Assembly: GCA_014729205.1 (NCBI GenBank)
Contig: WJKG01000457.1
Coordinates: forward strand, 1 to 30,009
Direction: 5' to 3'
Source of the DNA: a candidate division GN15 bacterium
GTDB taxonomy: Bacteria; Zixibacteria; MSB-5A5; GN15; FEB-12
DNA: 30,009 bases
Shown here piece by piece: positions 26,496 through 30,009 of this stretch (position 1 is the first letter of the stretch; every line of letters starts with the position of its first letter). The translations under genes and the position numbers were made by a program. A model generated the notes under the pieces. That model searched no databases. It worked only from the letters and a program-made list of their open reading frames with translations, and was not told where the DNA came from.

Positions 26496-26669
26496 GACTG
26501 TTACGGTTCTGTAAGCGAGTGTTGACTTTGCATTTATCGGTTTCTGTCTTAACGATGAAATCAGGCAATCGCCTTTAAGCTCATGTTGTTTAGGAGCTTG
26601 TGCGGATCTTAACGGGGTGTGTTGACAACCAAGGTGAAATCCATCGAACGTCGCTCCCCGAAAGCCCAT

Positions 26670-26714
26670 GGCAGCCAGCGCGAGATGACTACTTTGTCGG
26701 CTGGCTGCCTTTTT
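26670..26714 (+). terminator. Intrinsic terminator-like hairpin upstream of moxR
   Basis: GGCAGCCAGC-20 nt-GCTGGCTGCC followed by TTTTT. Confidence 0.65.
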
Positions 26715-26832
26715 GTCGGAGTTTTTTGCCCGGTCGGTGAAACTTTTTAGCCGGCAAGCTTTTACCAGATAGAACAGGGTTGTAACCTGCATATGATACT
26801 TACGCTGCCGTCATTAATAGCTGGAGGATAGT

Positions 26833-27840
26833 ATGGCCGAGGATGTTGCCGGACAGGATCTGAAACAGGTTGAGGCACTTAATTCAGCCTATGAGTCGAT
26901 CCGCGCCGAGCTGGGAAAAGTCATTATTGGACAGACCGATGTGGTCGAGCAGTTGCTTATTTCACTGCTCTCCAGCGGCCACTGTCTGCTGGTCGGCGTG
27001 CCCGGTCTGGCCAAGACGCTGCTGATCTCCACGCTGGCCCAGGTGCTGGATCTCAAGTTCAACCGTATTCAGTTCACGCCGGATTTAATGCCCTCGGATA
27101 TCACCGGAACCGAAGTTATCGAGGAAGATCACTCCACTGGTAAGCGCCAGTTCCGTTTCTTGAAGGGCCCCGTGTTCGCCAATATAATCCTGGCCGATGA
27201 AATCAACCGTACGCCGCCCAAAACCCAAGCCGCGCTGCTTCAGGCAATGCAGGAACACGAGGTTACCTCGGCCGGTCAGACCTTCACGCTCGAGGAACCA
27301 TTTTTCGTGCTGGCTACTCAGAACCCGATCGAGCAGGAAGGCACCTATCCGCTGCCCGAAGCGCAGCTTGACCGTTTCATGTTCATGGTTCTGGTCGACT
27401 ACCCGGATGCTGCCGAGGAAGAGCAGATTGTCAAGGCCACCACGGCAGTGCCCACCTGGAAGCTCTCCAAGGTGATCGGCCCGGAAGACATTGTGAGATA
27501 CCAGCAACTGGTGCGTCGCGTGCCGGTGTCGGATCACCTCGTTGAGTATGCGGTGGAGCTGGTGCGCTCTACTCGTCCGGTGGAGAAAGATGCCCCCGAG
27601 TTCGTGCGCAACTGGGTCAACTGGGGCGCCGGGCCGCGCGCCTCACAGTACCTGATTTTGGCGGCCAAGACGCGTGCCATTCTGGATGGTCGGCCCACGC
27701 CCGGCCCGGAAGATATCCGGTTTGCCGCCTATCCTGTGTTGCGGCATCGTATTGTAACCTCGTTCAACGCCGAGGCCGACGGGGTCGATGCTACCGAGAT
27801 TATCAAGCGGCTGCTTGACCACGTCAAAGAGCGCGGGTAA
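26833..27840 (+). CDS. MoxR family AAA+ ATPase
   Basis: [73 protein letters not shown]; SD GGAGG. Confidence 0.96.
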   Translation: MAEDVAGQDLKQVEALNSAYESIRAELGKVIIGQTDVVEQLLISLLSSGHCLLVGVPGLAKTLLISTLAQVLDLKFNRIQFTPDLMPSDITGTEVIEEDHSTGKRQFRFLKGPVFANIILADEINRTPPKTQAALLQAMQEHEVTSAGQTFTLEEPFFVLATQNPIEQEGTYPLPEAQLDRFMFMVLVDYPDAAEEEQIVKATTAVPTWKLSKVIGPEDIVRYQQLVRRVPVSDHLVEYAVELVRSTRPVEKDAPEFVRNWVNWGAGPRASQYLILAAKTRAILDGRPTPGPEDIRFAAYPVLRHRIVTSFNAEADGVDATEIIKRLLDHVKERG

Positions 27841-27879
27841 GGCGAGGCCCAGCACCTGGTTCGCGCGAAGCAGAATTCA

Positions 27880-28860
27880 ATGGATCACGCCACCACACAC
27901 GTCCCGTTCGCGATTGCCGTTCACGGCGGCGCGGGGGCTATTCGCAAAGAGAAGATGACCCCCGAGAAGGAGACGCAATACCAGGAGCGCCTGGTTGCCT
28001 CGTTGCAGGTCGGATTCGAGCTACTTGATAGCGGACGCTCAGCGATCGATGCGGTCTGCAAGGCCGTCAACGTGATGGAAGACTCGCCCCTGTTCAACGC
28101 CGGCATCGGGGCCGTGTACACACATGATGGTGGCCACGAGCAGGATGCCTGCGTCATGGACGGCTCCAACCTGGCGGTTGGAGCTGTGGCCGGCGTCCGG
28201 CACATCCGCAACCCGATCGACCTCGCCCGGCTGGTAATGCAGGACTCGCCCCATGTGTTGCTCTGTGGCGACGGGGCCGAACAGTTTGCGGTGCTGCACG
28301 GCATGAGCCTGGAAGAGACAAGCTATTTCGATACCAAACACCGTCGTACACAGCTCGACAAGGCTATTGCCCGCGAGGAAGAGCAGGGCAAGGTGCTCTT
28401 TGGCGATGGGAACCTGGACCATTCCTCCGACGAGAAGTACGGAACGGTGGGCGCAGTGGCGATGGACCGCGAGGGAAACCTGGCGGCGGCCACCTCGACC
28501 GGCGGCATGACCAACAAGCGCTGGATGCGAATCGGCGACACGCCCGTCATCGGCGCCGGCACCTACGCCAACAACCAGAGCTGCGCGGTGAGCGCTACCG
28601 GGCACGGCGAGTTTATCATGCGCAGCGTACTGGCGTTCGAGGTGCACGCGCTGATGACCTACAAGGGACTGCCGCTCGCCGAGGCAGCACGAACAGCTGT
28701 CAACGACCGGCTGGGCGCCATCGGCGGCACCGGTGGGTTGATAGCAATCAATTCGCGCGGGCAGATCGCCCTGCCATTCAATACGCCCGGAATGTACCGT
28801 GGGTGGATGGTGCCGGGATGCGAACCATCGGTGGGCATCTACCGGGAGGATGACGAGTAA
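27880..28860 (+). CDS. iaaA: Isoaspartyl peptidase / L-asparaginase (Ntn-hydrolase)
   Basis: IAVHGGAG, EDSPLFNAG.G, GTVGAVA.D..GNLAAATSTGG (nucleophile Thr present), RIGDTPVIGAG.YA, SATGHGE, FNTPGMYRG. Confidence 0.93.
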   Translation: MDHATTHVPFAIAVHGGAGAIRKEKMTPEKETQYQERLVASLQVGFELLDSGRSAIDAVCKAVNVMEDSPLFNAGIGAVYTHDGGHEQDACVMDGSNLAVGAVAGVRHIRNPIDLARLVMQDSPHVLLCGDGAEQFAVLHGMSLEETSYFDTKHRRTQLDKAIAREEEQGKVLFGDGNLDHSSDEKYGTVGAVAMDREGNLAAATSTGGMTNKRWMRIGDTPVIGAGTYANNQSCAVSATGHGEFIMRSVLAFEVHALMTYKGLPLAEAARTAVNDRLGAIGGTGGLIAINSRGQIALPFNTPGMYRGWMVPGCEPSVGIYREDDE

Positions 28861-28862
28861 TC

Positions 28863-29762
28863 ATGGCCGAAGACTATCGCAAATACCTCCAGCCGGACAT
28901 AGTCGGCAAGCTCAAGGGGATGGAGCTTCGCGCCCGACTGGTGGTCGAGGGGTTCATTGCCGGGCTGCACAAGTCGCCCTATCACGGGTTCAGTGTTGAG
29001 TTTGCCGAGCACCGGCAGTATATGCCCGGCGACAATATCCGCGATGTCGACTGGAAAGTCTACGGCAAGAGCGACCGCTATTATGTCAAGCAGTACGAGG
29101 AGGAGACCAACCTCAAGGCGTACCTGCTGCTGGACTGCTCCGGGTCGATGCGCTACCAGTCCGGCGACCGCGTGCGCAAACTGGACTACGCCGGCATGCT
29201 GGCCGGGGCGCTGAGCTACATGATGCTCAGGCAACGCGATGCGGTCGGGATGGTGACATTCGACGACAAGCTGCGGCGCTACATCCCCCCGCGCTCGAAG
29301 AGCGGGCACCTGCATGTGCTGCTCAATGAGATCGCGGCACAGCAGCCGAGCGAGGTGACCAATATCGCCGGCACCCTGCACGAGATGGCCGAGCGTATCA
29401 AACGCCGCGGGTTGGTGGTTGTGCTCTCGGACCTGCTGGACGACGCCGACCAGATTATCGCGGGGCTCAAGCACTTCAGGTATCAGCGCCACGAGGTGGT
29501 GGTGTTTCACATCCTCGATCCGCGCGAGCGCGATTTTGCGTTCCCGCGCGAGGCGGTGTTCAAGGACATGGAGACGGGCGAGGAGCTCACGACGCTTCCG
29601 TACCAGATCAAGAAGGACTACGCCGGTGCGGTGCAGGCGTTCAGCGACCGGATTTCGACCGCGTGTCGCCAGAGCAATATCGATTATCATTTGGTGGACA
29701 CCTCGATGCCGTTCGACAAGGCGCTGTACGCGTTTCTGAGCAAACGGGTGCGGATGTTTTAA
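28863..29762 (+). CDS. DUF58 family vWA-like protein (MoxR partner)
   Basis: G.HKSPYHGFSVEFAEHRQY.PGD..R.VDWKVYGK, KQYEEETN, LDCSGSM, VVLSDLL. Confidence 0.93.
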   Translation: MAEDYRKYLQPDIVGKLKGMELRARLVVEGFIAGLHKSPYHGFSVEFAEHRQYMPGDNIRDVDWKVYGKSDRYYVKQYEEETNLKAYLLLDCSGSMRYQSGDRVRKLDYAGMLAGALSYMMLRQRDAVGMVTFDDKLRRYIPPRSKSGHLHVLLNEIAAQQPSEVTNIAGTLHEMAERIKRRGLVVVLSDLLDDADQIIAGLKHFRYQRHEVVVFHILDPRERDFAFPREAVFKDMETGEELTTLPYQIKKDYAGAVQAFSDRISTACRQSNIDYHLVDTSMPFDKALYAFLSKRVRMF

Positions 29763-29869
29763 TTGACGAAGCTGGGTTGTCGGCGCTTTTCTTCCCTCAT
29801 ACAAACATGAGATCGCCCGGGGTCAGTCGCGCGCCTTGAATTGTTGCGACAAGAAAAAGGGGAATCCGC

Positions 29870-30009
29870 ATGAAAACGCATCGCCTGTTTCTGATTGCCT
29901 GTGCTCTGTGTCTGTTACTTGGTGTGCAGGCCAGCGCCATGAACTCCACCTATGTCAAGAATGAAGGCCAGTGGCCCGATAGCGTCCTCTTTCGCGGCTC
30001 CAGCGGCCC
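29870..30009 (+). CDS. Secreted protein, N-terminal fragment (runs off the window)
   Basis: SD AAGGGG, then MKTHRLFLIACALCLLLGVQASA signal peptide followed by YVKNEGQWPDSVLF. The N.GQW...V.F pattern recalls the N-terminal domain of large SBBP/beta-propeller secreted proteins. Confidence 0.7.
   Translation, partial: MKTHRLFLIACALCLLLGVQASAMNSTYVKNEGQWPDSVLFRGSSG

Noticed and set aside
26533-26690. SAM-I riboswitch resemblance (TTATC...GATGAAA...GGCAA...GGTGAAATCC...GAGATGA)
   Set aside because: The conserved AAGAG..GGAGGGA.TGGCCC segment is missing, spacing does not fit, and downstream genes are unrelated to methionine.
26600-26740. 46-codon GTG-start ORF (MRILTGCVDNQ...) after an AGGAG
   Set aside because: It crosses the terminator hairpin, has no recognisable homology, and is of a length expected by chance.
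27880-29762. Apparently higher GC in iaaA-DUF58 as a sign of horizontal transfer
   Set aside because: Impression by eye only; no flanking repeats, integrase or tRNA, and the genes are tightly coupled to moxR.
1-30009. CRISPR arrays, IS elements, prophage genes, tRNA or rRNA genes
   Set aside because: No regularly spaced repeats, transposase or integrase motifs, or tRNA/rRNA signatures were recognised.

Overview
Bacterial chromosomal DNA, moderately GC-rich (high-50s % by eye) and gene-dense. The taxon cannot be determined from the sequence alone. The right half is the conserved origin-proximal cluster rpmH-rnpA-yidD-yidC-mnmE-mnmG-rsmG-parA-parB, followed by an M23 peptidase-bactofilin pair and moxR-isoaspartyl peptidase-DUF58. 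It carries four parS-like palindromes (20802-23864). dnaA is not in its usual place divergent from rpmH; a glucuronyl C5-epimerase-like gene and a murJ-like operon sit there instead. Two separate DnaA-box clusters (6510-6690 and 26397-26495) flank the region about 20 kb apart. The left half holds housekeeping and accessory genes: nadC (partial, missed by the ORF track), a divergent ilvC, HEAT-cyclophilin, adenosine-specific kinase family, GNAT, iscU, hflX, a response regulator, an M1-peptidase-like protein, an AAA_28 protein, DUF899, an M24 peptidase and a Nudix hydrolase. No CRISPR array, rRNA, tRNA or mobile element was recognised. The most notable signals are: (1) a recurring leaderless-mRNA promoter architecture; (2) two apparent pseudoenzymes, the M1-peptidase-like and C5-epimerase-like proteins, plus an IlvC with active-site substitutions; (3) two oriC-like DnaA-box clusters without dnaA; (4) an asparaginase-type gene inserted in a MoxR/DUF58 operon. 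All family assignments come from motif recognition by eye, not database searches.
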